A DNA stretch of 64,000 bases, from the NCBI GenBank assembly GCA_964016885.1, contig OZ024741.1, positions 218,984,001 to 219,048,000 on the forward strand, given 5' to 3'. Within the stretch, counting starts at the first letter, position 1. Each line of letters starts with the position of its first letter. The DNA comes from Eledone cirrhosa (lineage: Eukaryota). Positions 23,444-35,929 of the stretch are shown here, in pieces. The notes under the pieces are model-generated. The model was not told the DNA's origin. It did no database searches and worked only from the letters and a program-made list of their open reading frames with translations. The position numbers were made by a program, and so were the translations under genes.

Positions 23444-24357
23444 TTAAGACAGACTTTAGATCTTTAGATTCTCTACATTGTAATTTTTGTTGAAATATTT
23501 AGTGCATTCATTTTTAAAACAAAAGAAAGTAAAAATGAATTTATTTTATTCATCATAAAATTCATTAAAATTGTAGCTTTTCTTTAGAAAAGTATTGCCA
23601 TTATTGGAGTAGAAGTGGTCACCACCTTGTGTACATTTGCAGAGATGTTTCTGGTTTAATTTAAGGGCCACTGCACCACTAGAACTCCACTAGCCAGTAA
23701 CCCAAACTGACCTTTGACCTTATAAGACACAGTGATTTTCTGGGACATTTTTTGGGGGGTAAAAAAGTGCATCTTGTAAGCCGTCAAATATGGTAACTCT
23801 TGCTCAAGATGCCAAACAGAAGGATTGAAACTGGGATCTAAGGATTGCAAAGTGAAGTTAACCCATTTGGCCATTGTGTGTACTGAACAACCCACTAAAT
23901 ATTACTACTGTGTGAACAATATTAATATCATCTCTTAGAAAGAGGCTTAGAGAAAGGGTGGGGAAGGTTGACAGAGGATGGTAGTGGTGGTGGAGGAGGG
24001 TTTGTGACAGAGGAGGTGGTGTAGGAGGGTGGCAGAGGAGACTGGTGATGTAGGAGGGTGGCAGAGTTGGGATCGGATGTTGATAATGACTCAGAAGAGG
24101 GATTAAAATTAATATCTAAATCTTATTAATATTCTCTCTTATTAATTAATTGTTTCTACTTTAGGCACAAGGCCAGCAATTACCCAGTGCATTACTGGTA
24201 CTTTATTTTATCGACCCCGTAAGGATGAAAGGCAAAGTCAACCTCGGCGGGATTTGAACTCAGATCGTAAAGGGACGTAACTATGCTGGAAAGCATGGCG
24301 TCCGACCCTCTACTGATACTGCCAATCCCACATAGCCACAAGGTTGTAAAGGATGAA

Positions 24358-24685
24358 ACAATATAGTCAATTAAATCAATACCAATATATTACTGGTACA
24401 TATGTCCCCTCCCCTAGCAATATAGTCAATTAAATCAATACCAATATATTACTGGTACATATGTCCCCTCCCCTAGCAATATAGTCAATTAAATCAATAC
24501 CAACATATTACTGGTACATATATCCCCTTCCTTATCAATATAGTTAATTAAATCAATACCAACATATTACTGGTACATATATCCCCTTCCTTATCAATAT
24601 AGTCAATTAAATCAATACCAACATATTACTGGTACATATATCCCCTTCCTTATCAATATAGTCAATTAAATCAATACCAACATAT
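24358..24685. repeat. 59-bp tandem repeat (~5.5 copies)
   Basis: AATATAGTCAATTAAATCAATACCAA.ATATTACTGGTACATAT.TCCCC repeats every 59 nt. Confidence 0.9.
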
Positions 24686-26601
24686 ATATCCAGACGCTAA
24701 ACTCTGCCAGTTGCAAATTGCGCATCAGCATGAGATATTTTTCTCCACAAAGTTCGATGACCAGCAGCAGAGTTTAAAGAGCAATGGTCAAGTTCAGTCT
24801 ATAAGTTGACATTGTCAAGCCATCGTTTTGGATGCTGACTTCTGCTTCTCTTACCAGCCAACTTTCCTTCCAGGCATAACCTACTCACACCACGAGTTGA
24901 TCCTTTGATATGGCCATATAGTTTAAGCACTCTTGACCTGACAACTGATGTAATTGGTCTAAGCCTGGTAATGTTGAGCAGCTCACTGATACAGATACGG
25001 TCGCTGAGCCGCTGGACAGTTATAAGTCTCATGATGTGGTTCTGGAATGTAGAGAGGTTCTCAAGTGACTTTGTCGTCCAATTAACACAGTCAAGACCAT
25101 ATAACACAACTGGTAGGATGTAAGTATCGAAGATCTTAGCCTTCAAATGATAGGAAACTCGTTTTGATGTTAGTACTTCCTTGTTCTTGTTGAAAGCTGT
25201 CCAATCTAGAGCAATGTGATACTGCACAGCGACCATTCCATTGTTGTTTGATGATAATTTGCAACTGAGATATACAAACTCTGTAACTTGAGCAATTTGT
25301 TGGTTGTGGATTGTGAGTTGGAGATTGGCATCGTTTTTATCAGTTGTCATACACTTTGTTTTGGAGATGTTGATGTGTAAGCCAGCCTCTAGTGAATGTT
25401 TGGCCAGTACATTCAGAAAGTTTTGCAGATCATTTCTAGAGTAACTCATGATGGCCAGATCATCTGCATAGGATTTTACCTCCTATTTGATAGCCAGAGG
25501 AGCATTCTTCTTCAGTTTGGTAAATAAGTGCAGCTATAACTATACAAAAAAGAAGTACTGATAGTACATCCCCCTGCTTAACTCCCTTCAAGATGTCTAT
25601 ACAGCGTGTAGTTCTCAAATCTGTTTTGATATATGCTGTTGAGTTGATGTAAGTTTCTTTCAGTAAGTTGATGTATTTCTTGTTAATTGAGGTTTTGTTT
25701 AAGAGTTGCCACAAGCTGGGTAGTTTCACATTGTCTGAAGAGATTTTACCAAAGGAAAGCCTTTCCATCCCACAATGGATGTCACAACAAACAAACAAAG
25801 AAAGCAATATCTGAAAAACATAGAATCAGAAGAGAATGCTGCCACACATCAGCCGAATATAGAATAGCAAAGGTTGAATCCAACAAACTCATTAAATCAG
25901 ACAAACTTAAGCAAGTGTACAACATTGACGAGCTGAATAAACTACCACCTAACAGGTTATATCATGCTGTTCTGAAGAAACTAAAACTAAACCAAGAAAT
26001 CTTAGCTGGGGCATTAAAGATTCAAACGATACTATCCTTACTGCCAAAGATGATATCCTTGAATGCTGGGCTAAATTCTATGAACAACTGTACTTCAGCA
26101 ACTCAGAACAAACAACCATTCCTAATTTGATATCAGATGCAATTCCATCAATCTTAGCTAGTGAGTTATCTCATGCCATCAAAAATTTGAAGCAAGGAAA
26201 AAGCCTTGGACTGGACAACATATACTCAGAATTCATCAAAGCTGCAGGTGAACCAATTATCAAAGCACTTCAACATCTTTTTAACTGTATTTTCACTACA
26301 GGAAAAAGCCCAGACATGTTCAACAAAGCATTAATAGTTGTACTCTACAAAAAAGGTAACAGATTTGATTGTGGGAACTATCTTCCTATCAGCTTACTGA
26401 GTCATGTTTACAAGCTTTTCATGAGTACCATAGCAGCATGAGTGAAGTCAGACCTTTACGCCTCATTACCTGAAACACAAGCTGTGTATCAACCTTTAAG
26501 AGGCACCATTGAACAGATCCTAGTTATTGAAAAAATCATTGATAAATCAATAGAATTCAACAACACTGTGCACATCTTCATTGATTTCACAAAAGCTTTT
26601 G
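24686..26601. mobile_element. RTE-like LINE with 5' inversion (3' part on minus strand 24686-25740; 5' part on plus strand 25741-26601)
   Basis: Minus: GVKQGDVLSVLLF, GLHINISKTKCM, FVYL, ILPVVLYG, GKRSR..KRWLDNV. Plus: GKSLGLDNIYSE, NYLPISLLSHVYKLF, FIDFTKAFD. Flanked by ATACCAACATAT on both sides. Confidence 0.85.
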
Positions 26602-26659
26602 ATACCAACATATTACTGGTACATATGTCTCCTCCCCCACTGTTTTCCCTTCCCTCTAT

Positions 26660-27410
26660 TGTAATAAACAGTATTGGTACTTATGTTAGCCCCTTCTCCT
26701 CCAGTAATAAACAGTGGTACATATGGTAGCTCCTCCCACTCCAGTAATAAACAGTATTGGGACTTATGGTAGCTCCTCCCTCTCCAGTAATAAATACTAT
26801 TGGGGCTTATGGCAGCTCCTCCCACTCCAGTAATAAACAGTATTGGGACTTATGGTAGCTCCTCCCTCTCCAGTAATAAATAGTATTGGGGCTTATGGCA
26901 GCTCCTCCTACTCCAGTAATAATCAGTATTGGGACTTATGGTAGCTCCTCCCTCTCCAGTAATAAACAGTATTGGGGCTTATGGCAGCTCCTCCCACTCC
27001 AGTAATAAACAGTATTGGGACTTATGGTAGATCCTCCCTCTCCAGTAATAAATAGTATTGGGGCTTATGGCAGCTCCTCCCACTCTAGTAATAAACAGTA
27101 TTGGGACTTACGGTATCTCCTCCCTCTCCAGTAATAAACAGTATTGGGAATAATGGTAGCTCCTCCCTCTCCAGTAATAAACAGTATTGGGGCTTATGGC
27201 AGCTCCTCCCACTCCAGTAATAAACAGTATTGGGACTTATGTTAGCCCCTCCCACGCCAGTAATAATCAGTGGTACTTATGATAGCCTCTCCAACTCTTG
27301 TAATAATCAATATTGGTACTTATGTTAGCCCCTCCCACTCTTGTAATAAACAATATTGGTATTTATGTTAGCCCCTCCCACTCTTGTAATAATGATATAT
27401 TGGTACTTAT
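26660..27410. repeat. 43-bp minisatellite with alternating (86-bp) higher-order structure
   Basis: AGCTCCTCCC(A/T)CTCCAGTAATAAACAGTATTGGG(A/G)CTTATGG(T/C). Confidence 0.92.
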
Positions 27411-27811
27411 GAGAATAGAAGGAAAAAAATAAGACGAGGAAGAAGAAGACAAAAGAAGAAGACATTTTTTAGGTGTCAAAAATGAATATTTTGGACCCTC
27501 TGTTTCAACATTGCTTTATTTAGAAAACATTCTCACTGTTTCAACAAGCCAAACCTGTTAAATCTTTTATTTATTCAAAAGAATATTTTAACCCTTTAGC
27601 ATTTACATTACTATATATATACTATTGTATTTTGTGGTAAAGGCTTTATCTTACATAATTATCTCACATAATATCGAATCTATGAGATTTTGATGTTATT
27701 TATGTTGAGAACAATACCTTAGCATCAGTATGAGCGGCCAGTTGCAGCTGGTTTAAACAGAAAGAGGTAAGAGAGTTCTAGCCGGATATGGCTTAAATGA
27801 AATAATAATAA

Positions 27812-28221
27812 TGATTTCTACTATAAGCACAAGGCCAGCAATTTAGAGAGAAGGGATTAAATGGACTCCAGTGCATTACTGGTACTTTATTTCATCGGTT
27901 CCATAAGGATAAAAGGCAGAGCCAACCTCGGCAGGATTTGAACTCAGAATGCAAAGAGCCGTAATTCTATGCTGCAAAATGTCTGATACTCTACTGATTC
28001 TGCCAATAATAATTATTATTTCTGCTATAGGCAAAAGGCCAGCAATTTGAGGGGGAGGGGGAAGTCGATTAAATCGACCCCAGTGCATTACTGGTGCTTT
28101 ATTTTATCAACCCTGTAAGGATGAAAGGCAAAGCTTACCTCTATGGGATTTGAACTCAGAATGCAAAGGGTCATAACTCAATGCTGTGATGCCTGTTGCA
28201 CAACACTCTACCGATACTGCC

Positions 28222-28272
<51 letters not shown>

Positions 28273-28670
28273 TGTTTCTACTTTTGGCACAAGGCCAGCA
28301 ATTATCCCAGTGTATTACTGGTACTTTAATAATAATTGTTTCTACGTTTGACACAAGGCCAGCAATTACCCAGTGCATTACTGGTATTTTATTTTATCGA
28401 CCTCGTAAGGATGAAAGGCAAATTTAACCTCGGAGGGATTTGAACTCAGAATGGCAAGGGCCGTAACTCTATGCGTCAAAGCATGGCGTCTGACCCTCTA
28501 CCGATACTGCCAATCCACCGCCCTTTATAAATTATTGTTTCTACTTTTGGCACAAGGCCAGCAATTACTCAGTACATTACTGGTACTTTATTTTATCAAC
28601 CCGGAAAGGATGAAAGGCAAAGTTAACCTCGGCAGGATTTGAACTCAGACCATAAAGGACCATGCCAATA
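27812..28670 (-). mobile_element. Array of 4-5 same-orientation Deu/Nin-type SINE copies separated by (AAT)n
   Basis: Repeated TTTCTAC..GGCACAAGGCCAGCAATT..GGATGAAAGGCAAA..GGATTTGAACTCAGA. Confidence 0.85.
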
Positions 28671-28719
28671 ATAATAATAAAAATAATAATGATAATAATA
28701 ATAATAAGAAGAAGAAAAA

Positions 28720-30560
28720 TCACTGGAAGCTGGAGAAGTTAATATTAATTGTGGAATTTTTCAGGGTGACTCTTTATCACCGCTTTTATTCTGCATCGCA
28801 CTTATACCATTAAGTGAAATGCTCAATGAAACAAAACATGGATATAAAGTCTATGACAAAACCACTAATCACTTGTTCTACATGGATGACCTGAAACTAT
28901 TTGCAAAAGATGATGAGTAATTGCAAGGGCTATTATCCACTGTGAAGCAGTTCAGTGATGACATTAAAATGGTGATGACATTAATGATGACATTAAAATG
29001 CGCCAAAGCAACGTTCACCAGAGGAAAGCTGCTGAAAAGTTCAGACATTAATCTTGATCGGGGGAATGTGATAAGAGAACTTGATCAAGAGGAAACTTAC
29101 AAATATCTAGGTGTTTGTGAAGGAGACGGTATCAAGCACTCGACAATGAGGGAAAGGATAAGGAAGGAATGTTACCGCAGAGTAAGAGCAATCTTAAGAA
29201 TGGAATTGAATACAAGGAACAGGATCGATGCCATAAACACGCTTGCCATACCAGTTGTAACCTACAGTTACAATGTCATCAACTGGTCAAGCACAGAGAT
29301 CCGTAGGCTCAATACAAAATTAGAAAATTCTTAATCATGCACAGAATGCATCACCCTAAGGCAGATATAGATAGAATATATCTCCCTAGGAAAGAAGGAG
29401 GACGTGGGTTAATCCAGTTAGATATTGCATTGAAAACTGCAATAATTGGATTATCTACATATCTAAGGGAATCACATGATTGGATGATCAAACTCGTTTT
29501 GAAACACGAAAGCATCAAAAGATCATACTCCATTACAAAAGATGCAAAAGATACAGTAATGAACTACAAATTTCAGAAGCTCCATTTACTGTTGAAATGA
29601 AAAACACAGAAAAAGCAAAGCAGGTAAAAGTAACTGCAAAGAAAGAACTGCTACAGAAACTGGCTAAGAAATGGCAAGAAAAGCCTCTGACAAGCAAAGC
29701 CTCTGACAAAACTTTAACCCATCAGTGGTTGGCATCCTCTGGACTGAAATCAGAGACTGAAAGACTGATTATATCAGCACAAGATCAGTGTCTGCCAACA
29801 AAAAATTACCAAGCCAACTTAATAAAAAAATGGATGCAACCCATTATGCCGTGTATGTAAAAAAACAACCAGAGACTATTGATCATATAATTTCCATGTG
29901 CAGTCCTATAGCTCCAACCGAATACCTAAACAGGCACGATAGAGCTGCACAATACATACATTGGATAATGTGTAAGCATTTTGACCTGCCCCATCAAAAG
30001 AATTGGTGGGAGCATCAACCACCTCCCGTACTTGAAAAAGATCACATCTCAATCTTGTGGAACTTTAGCATCCAAACAGACCGAAAAATAGATGCAAATA
30101 GACCTGATATAATACTGAAGGACTTTAAAAAGAGGGTATGCCTGCTAATTGATATGTCCGTTTCAATAGACAAGAATGTATCTATAAAAACATTGGGAAA
30201 ATTGAGCAAGTATAAAAGACCTGGAGATAGAAATTTGAAAAATGTGGAAATTGAGAACTAAAACAATACCAGTGGTTGTAGGCGCTCTAGGAATGATACC
30301 TAAGGGGTCTAATGATTACTTATCGCAAATCCCAGGAAACCCGCATATAGAAGAAATACAAAAGATAGTACTAATGGGAACTGCCCATATACTAAGGAAG
30401 ATTCTGTCAATATAAGTACATCACAAGTCTAAACACTAAAGATGCATGTGTGTGTATGTATGTTCTTTCTTGAACATGGCGGATCTTGTTGTCTCTTGAG
30501 GTCACTGGTTGTGACTTGGTGATAACTCGTATGAACATAAAGCAAGATAAATGCAACTGT
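28720..30560 (+). mobile_element. R4/Dong-clade LINE (RT + CCHC + restriction-like endonuclease), 5'-truncated and decayed, in (TAA)n
   Basis: GIFQGDSLSPLLF, HLFYMDDLKLF, YKYLGV, HHPKADIDRIYLPRKEGGRGL, ETIDHI.S.C, RHD, RPDI, KYK; 3'UTR ends in (TAA)n. Confidence 0.9.
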
Positions 30561-31724
30561 AATAATAATAATAATAATAATAACAAATGAAACAAATTAA
30601 ATAATAAATTAAGGGATATAAAATTTGAAGTTAATCCTTGATATAAATGTTAATCTTCTTTTAGTAAAAAGAAAATATATATATAAATAAATAAATATAA
30701 TGAACTTAATCTGTTCCAAATCTAGGGATTCATAGGTTTGAAAGGTTTCATACTTAACTCTGCTATCTTTAATATTAAGAAGATGAGGGATAACTACAGC
30801 TTGGCCTCTCCTCCTTCTCTAACAACAATCTGATAATGAAATGTTTTCGAAATGATGTTATACTTTGACCTAGATCCCTTAACAGTGACCGACCTCTGTG
30901 TGGGGTGTGTGTGGTGGCTAATCCCGTGAGACTTTGTACGGTTGCAAAGTCTGCTTGAAATAGCAGTCAGATCTATCCGAGGTCATTCTATCCAGTCTTG
31001 AAAAAGGAAGGATACATTCGGTAATGTAGAGCTAGATTTAGCATTTTGTCATTGACAGTGCTCCCATAACTCCTTAATAAAGTTGTAGGTGACACTGTTG
31101 TGTCTTGCGCAGGCCTCCCATAACCCCTTAATAAAGTTCTAGGGAACACTGTTTCTACTTTTTGGCACAAGGCCAGCAATTATCCCAGTGTATTACTGGT
31201 ACTTTATTTTATTGATGCTGTAAGGATGAAAGGCAAAGTTAACCTCAGCAGGATTTGAACTCAGATCATAAAGGGTCGTAACTCTATGTAGCAAAGCATG
31301 GCGTCTGACCCTCTACTGATACTGTCAATCCACCAGTGTAGGGAACACTGTTGTTCCTTGAGTAGGTCTCCCATAACCCCTTAATAGAGTTGTGGGACAC
31401 TGAGATACCTTTGGTATGTTAACCCTGCGACAGCCAACTTCTTCCAGACTGAACAAACATACAAACGCTCTTTCCAGCTGAAGTTCAAGCTACCAAAATT
31501 TGCTAACTGGCATTCAGGATACCCAGGGGTAGACCCCAAGCAACATGGTTGGATAATTTTCATGAGCTTGGCTGGTCTCGCTTGGGGATTCAGCTGGATC
31601 ACTTGCAGATAGTTGCTTCTGACAGGACCTGCTGCAAGGAGTGTTTGAGGACTCTGCCCCATGACCCTCTCAAGAATAAGTAGGCAAAGAAGAAGACATC
31701 CAAATTATTATTATTATTATTATT

Positions 31725-32432
31725 TTTCTTTGAGTCTCAGTCATTGATGTTATTTAACTGGAAAGTTTGTTGAAATGAATATCAAGCTGCTACCTGCAGC
31801 CTCAGATATTCAGGACGTATTGGAGGGTTCTTGCTGTTCCCAGCAAGCATTCCTTTTGAAGTGTTCCAAAAAGTGGGGCTGGACTAATCTTCTTTAACCA
31901 TCCTTGGAAACTCTTTGAGATAGTACCTAGTAAGCCTATGATAATCGGGACGACTCTGACTTCTTGGCAGTTCCAAATCCTTTTTACCTCCCACTTTAAG
32001 TCCTGGTATCGGTTAATTTTCTTCCTCTCCTTTTCTTGCACTCTCGTGTCAAAGGGGTAGGCTACATCTACAATCAGGCACAATCTTTTTTCCTTGTCCA
32101 AAACCACCAGATCAGGCCTATTATGTTCTAATTTCTTGTCCGTCTGTATCCTAAAATCCCACAGCACTCTCACCTGATCGTTTTCTATCACCGACTCTGG
32201 CTTATGCTCATACCACTTCTCAGAATGTGGTAAATTATTTACTTTGCATAGGTGCCAGTGGATCACTCTGCCTATCATATCATGTTGCCAGCCTTTATAG
32301 TGAGTCTGGGCTAGGTGTTTACACTCGGATACAATGTGAGCTACAGTCTCCTCTCTCTCACCACAGATCCTACACAGTGGGCTAGCCTCCTCCTTGTAAA
32401 TATGGTGTTTCACCCACTTCGTTCTGAGGGCC
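31725..32432 (-). mobile_element. R4/Dong-clade LINE 3' fragment (second subfamily)
   Basis: ORF 31802-32413: CRICGEREETVAHIVSEC, HDMIGR, NRPDLVV, KINRYQDL; (TTA)n on both sides. Confidence 0.9.
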
Positions 32433-32480
<48 letters not shown>

Positions 32481-32483
<3 letters not shown>

Positions 32484-32839
32484 AGTTGCATTTATCTTGC
32501 TTTATGTTCATACGAGTTATCACCAAGTCACAACCAGTGACCTCAAGAGACAATAAGGTCCGCCATGTTCAAGGAAGAACATACATACTCACACATGCAT
32601 CTTTAGTGTTTAGACTTGTGATGTACTTATATTGACAGAATCTTCCTTAGTATATGGGCAGTTCCCATTAGTACTATCTTTTGTATTTCTCCTATACACG
32701 GGTTTCCTGGGATCTGCGATAAGTAATCATTAGACCCCTTAGGTATCATTCCCAGAGCGCCTACAACCACTGGTATTGTTTTAGTTCTCAATTTCCACAT
32801 TTTTCCAATTTCTATCTCCAGGTCCTTATACTTGCTCAA

Positions 32840-32842
<3 letters not shown>
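32481..32842 (-). mobile_element. R4/Dong 3' fragment, same subfamily as 28720-30560
   Basis: Near-identical reverse complement of 30200-30560; (TTA)n on both sides. Confidence 0.9.
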
Positions 32843-32886
<44 letters not shown>

Positions 32887-32889
32887 CAT

Positions 32890-34586
32890 TTTTATGGTTT
32901 TTCCTTTTCCTTCAGTATTGTTTCTGATATATGCCGAGTGTCTCCCTGACACCGAGGACAAATAAATTCACTGTATACATTGGTACGACAGTTAACACAC
33001 CATATTGAATATAATTTACAGCTTATCATTCTTACAGAGCGATATCATTCTTAAAAAAGATAGTGTGTTACTCACACACACACACACAACCACACAAGGA
33101 GGGGGTATCATTCTCACAGAGATAGTGCTCTTCTCAATACGTGGGCAATACCAATCAAAACAATTTTTGCACCTCTTGCAGAGAGGGTAAACCAGGAATC
33201 ATTTGCAAATACTGTTCTATTCCTTTCTTGATCATTCCCAGTGCTCCCACATTCACTGGTATTGTAACAGCCTTGAGGTGTCACATTTTTTCGATTTCAA
33301 TAAGCAGATCTTTATATTTTCTTAGCTTGTTGAAATCTTTTGCTGTGCTATTGTGATCACATGGGATGCTCATATCAATCAATAAACAGACCTTACTATG
33401 TTGAGCTTTTACAATGATAGCTGGTCTATTAGCTTTTATGGTTCGGTCAGTATGTATAGGAAAGTCCCAAAGAATTGTTACTTTTTCTCCTTCAGTTACA
33501 GCTTCAAGGTGATGATTGTACCACTTATCAGCAGCTTCGATTTCATAATGCCGGCATATTACCCAGTGTAGATATTGGCCAACTCTGTCATGTCTATATT
33601 TGTACTCTACTGGGGCTAAAACTTTACATCCAGAAACTAGGTGGTCCACTGTTTCAACCTCAATGTTACAGAATCAGCACTTTGGATATACACCATTTCT
33701 CATCTCATTGGCCTGGTAATTCCATATCGGTAAGCTTTGATCTTGGGCAGCTAAGATGAAGCCTTCGCTCTCTGCTTTTAGCCCTGAACTACGTAGCCAC
33801 TAATGGGTGTGCTTTTGGTCGACATCTGTTTATTTGGTACGGGCCACATATTTGCCATGCAGAAGTGTCTGCTACCACTTTGATGCTAATTGCTCTTGCC
33901 CTTTTGCTTTTGCCATTAATTTTATGTGCTTAGCAGCAACAATTGCAACAGTTTCCTCAGTCTGTCCAACCTGGGGATCAAGCATGAGATCAGTAGCATA
34001 TATTTTTGCTCTCCTTCAAGATAGAATGAAGCTTTTTACTTCTCTCAGGTTTCCAACAAGTTTCAGCATACAGTCGTTTGTTGTTTCAAGGTATTTGGCC
34101 AGTCCAATAATGGTGGTCTTGTAGGTAAGTTCAAATTAGATCAGGCCACAGCCTCCTTGAGTTCTAGGAAGATAAAGATGATCCACATCTGCTTTCGGGT
34201 GGTGCATCCTATTACAAGTCAGTAACATACGGATTTTGGTGTCGATTCTTTTAATTTCTCCCATACTCCAGTTCAACACACCGAAGCTATAAGTGACAAC
34301 TGGAACTGCCAAGGAATTTATGACTAACACCTTGTTATGAGCATTTAGTTCTGATTTCAGAACTGTGTGTAACATTCCTTCCTTATCCTTTCTTTCATAC
34401 TTGCATGCTGAATGCCAGAGCCCTCATTAATCCCTAAGTATTTATAGATTTGTTCCTTCTCAAGTTCCTTTATGACTGTTTCAGCATCTAATTCAACTGT
34501 GTTTGAGTTGACAAGCTTCCCTTTCATGAAAGTGGCTTTGGCACACTTATCAAGTCCAAACTCCATCCTGATGTCATCGCTTTTCA
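32890..34586 (-). mobile_element. R4/Dong-clade LINE fragment (third subfamily)
   Basis: ORFs 34357-34635 (MEFGLDKC, YKYLG), 34136-34375 (HHPKADVDHLYLPR) and 33281-33649 (DHLVSGC, RHD, NRPAII, KYKDL). Confidence 0.88.
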
Positions 34587-35625
34587 TGGTAAAGGCTTTA
34601 TACCACTTAATTATCTCACATAATATTGAATCCATGAGATTTTGATATTATTTATTTTGATAGCAATACCTTGACATAAGTATGAGCAGCCAGTTCTAAC
34701 TGGTTTGAACAGAAAGAGGTGAGAGAATTCTGCCCAGATGCGACTGGTTTAAATGCTAAAAGGTTAAACCTGTTTACATGCAAAACCCACGTGCTAACAC
34801 ACACACACTCGATGTATTGTTTTGTGCTGTCCTTAAAGTTTTTTAATGTAAATCCTTTGTGGTTAATAAAGAAATCATCATTATCATTTTGGCAGTATAA
34901 GTAGAGCATCAGACACCCTGCTACATGGCATAGAATAACGGCCCTTTACATTTTGAGTTCAAATCCCACCGAGGTTAGCTTTGCCTTTTTTCCTTACGGG
35001 GTCAATAAATAAAGCACCAGTAATGTACTGGGGTTGATTTAATCAACTTTCCCCTTCCCTTCAAATTGCTGGTCTTGTGCCTAAATTAGAAACAATTATT
35101 ATTATTATTATTATGTGAGCGGTAGATTGGCAGTAACGGTAGAGGGTCGGACGCCATGCTTTGCAGCACAGTTACGTCCCTTTACGGACTGAGTTCAAAT
35201 CCCGCCGAGGTTAACTTTGCCTTTCATCCTTACGGGGTCGATAAAATAAAGTACCAGTAATACACTGGGATAATTGCTGGCCTTGTACCAAAAAGTAGAA
35301 ACAATTATTATTATGTGGCAAATTGGCAGAAATATTAGATGTTATGATGTTCTTATTTCTGCTCGTTGCATTCTGAGATCAAATGCTCTCAAGGTTAACT
35401 TTGCCTAGCATGCTTGACTGTGTGTGTTTTATGTGAATGATACTGTAAGTGGCAATGCAGTGAATCATCAACTGTTTGTTAGTAAATATAAACTCTACAC
35501 TATGTATCACATACTGTTTTCTTTAATTTGTAAACCATAAACACACACATATGCACACTCATGTGTACACATGCATACACACTCACATACCACCACCCGT
35601 TTACAGCAAATTTTCATGCCTGCAT

Positions 35626-35660
<35 letters not shown>

Positions 35661-35929
35661 CACACACACGCGTGTGTGTGTGTGTATGTTTATTTTGGGT
35701 GTATATGTCTTTGTATGTGTATATATATGTATGTAGATGTCTGTGTTTGCTGCTCTGTTTGGCTCTATGCATATATACACAAGCTAGAAGGCAAATACCT
35801 GGGTCTGTGTATTTACGTGTGTGTGTATGTGTGTGTGTACGTGTTTATAAGTTGGGGGGGGGGGGGCTAAGAGAGAGAGAGTGTAACTTAACCCTAATGA
35901 GGAATGGTATTGTGTGCATTTCAAGTGAG

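Larger units (their letters stand above)
22346..23793. mobile_element. Non-autonomous pogo/Tc1-mariner-type DNA transposon with nested insertions
   Basis: TA|CCGTATTTGACAGCGTATAAGATGCA ... TGCATCTTGTAAGCCGTCAAATATGG|TA. Confidence 0.75.

Noticed and set aside
23928-24115. Pro/Ser-rich minus-strand terminal exon (DINFNPSSES...PLSKR*)
   Set aside because: Poor polypyrimidine tract, low complexity and no partner exons.
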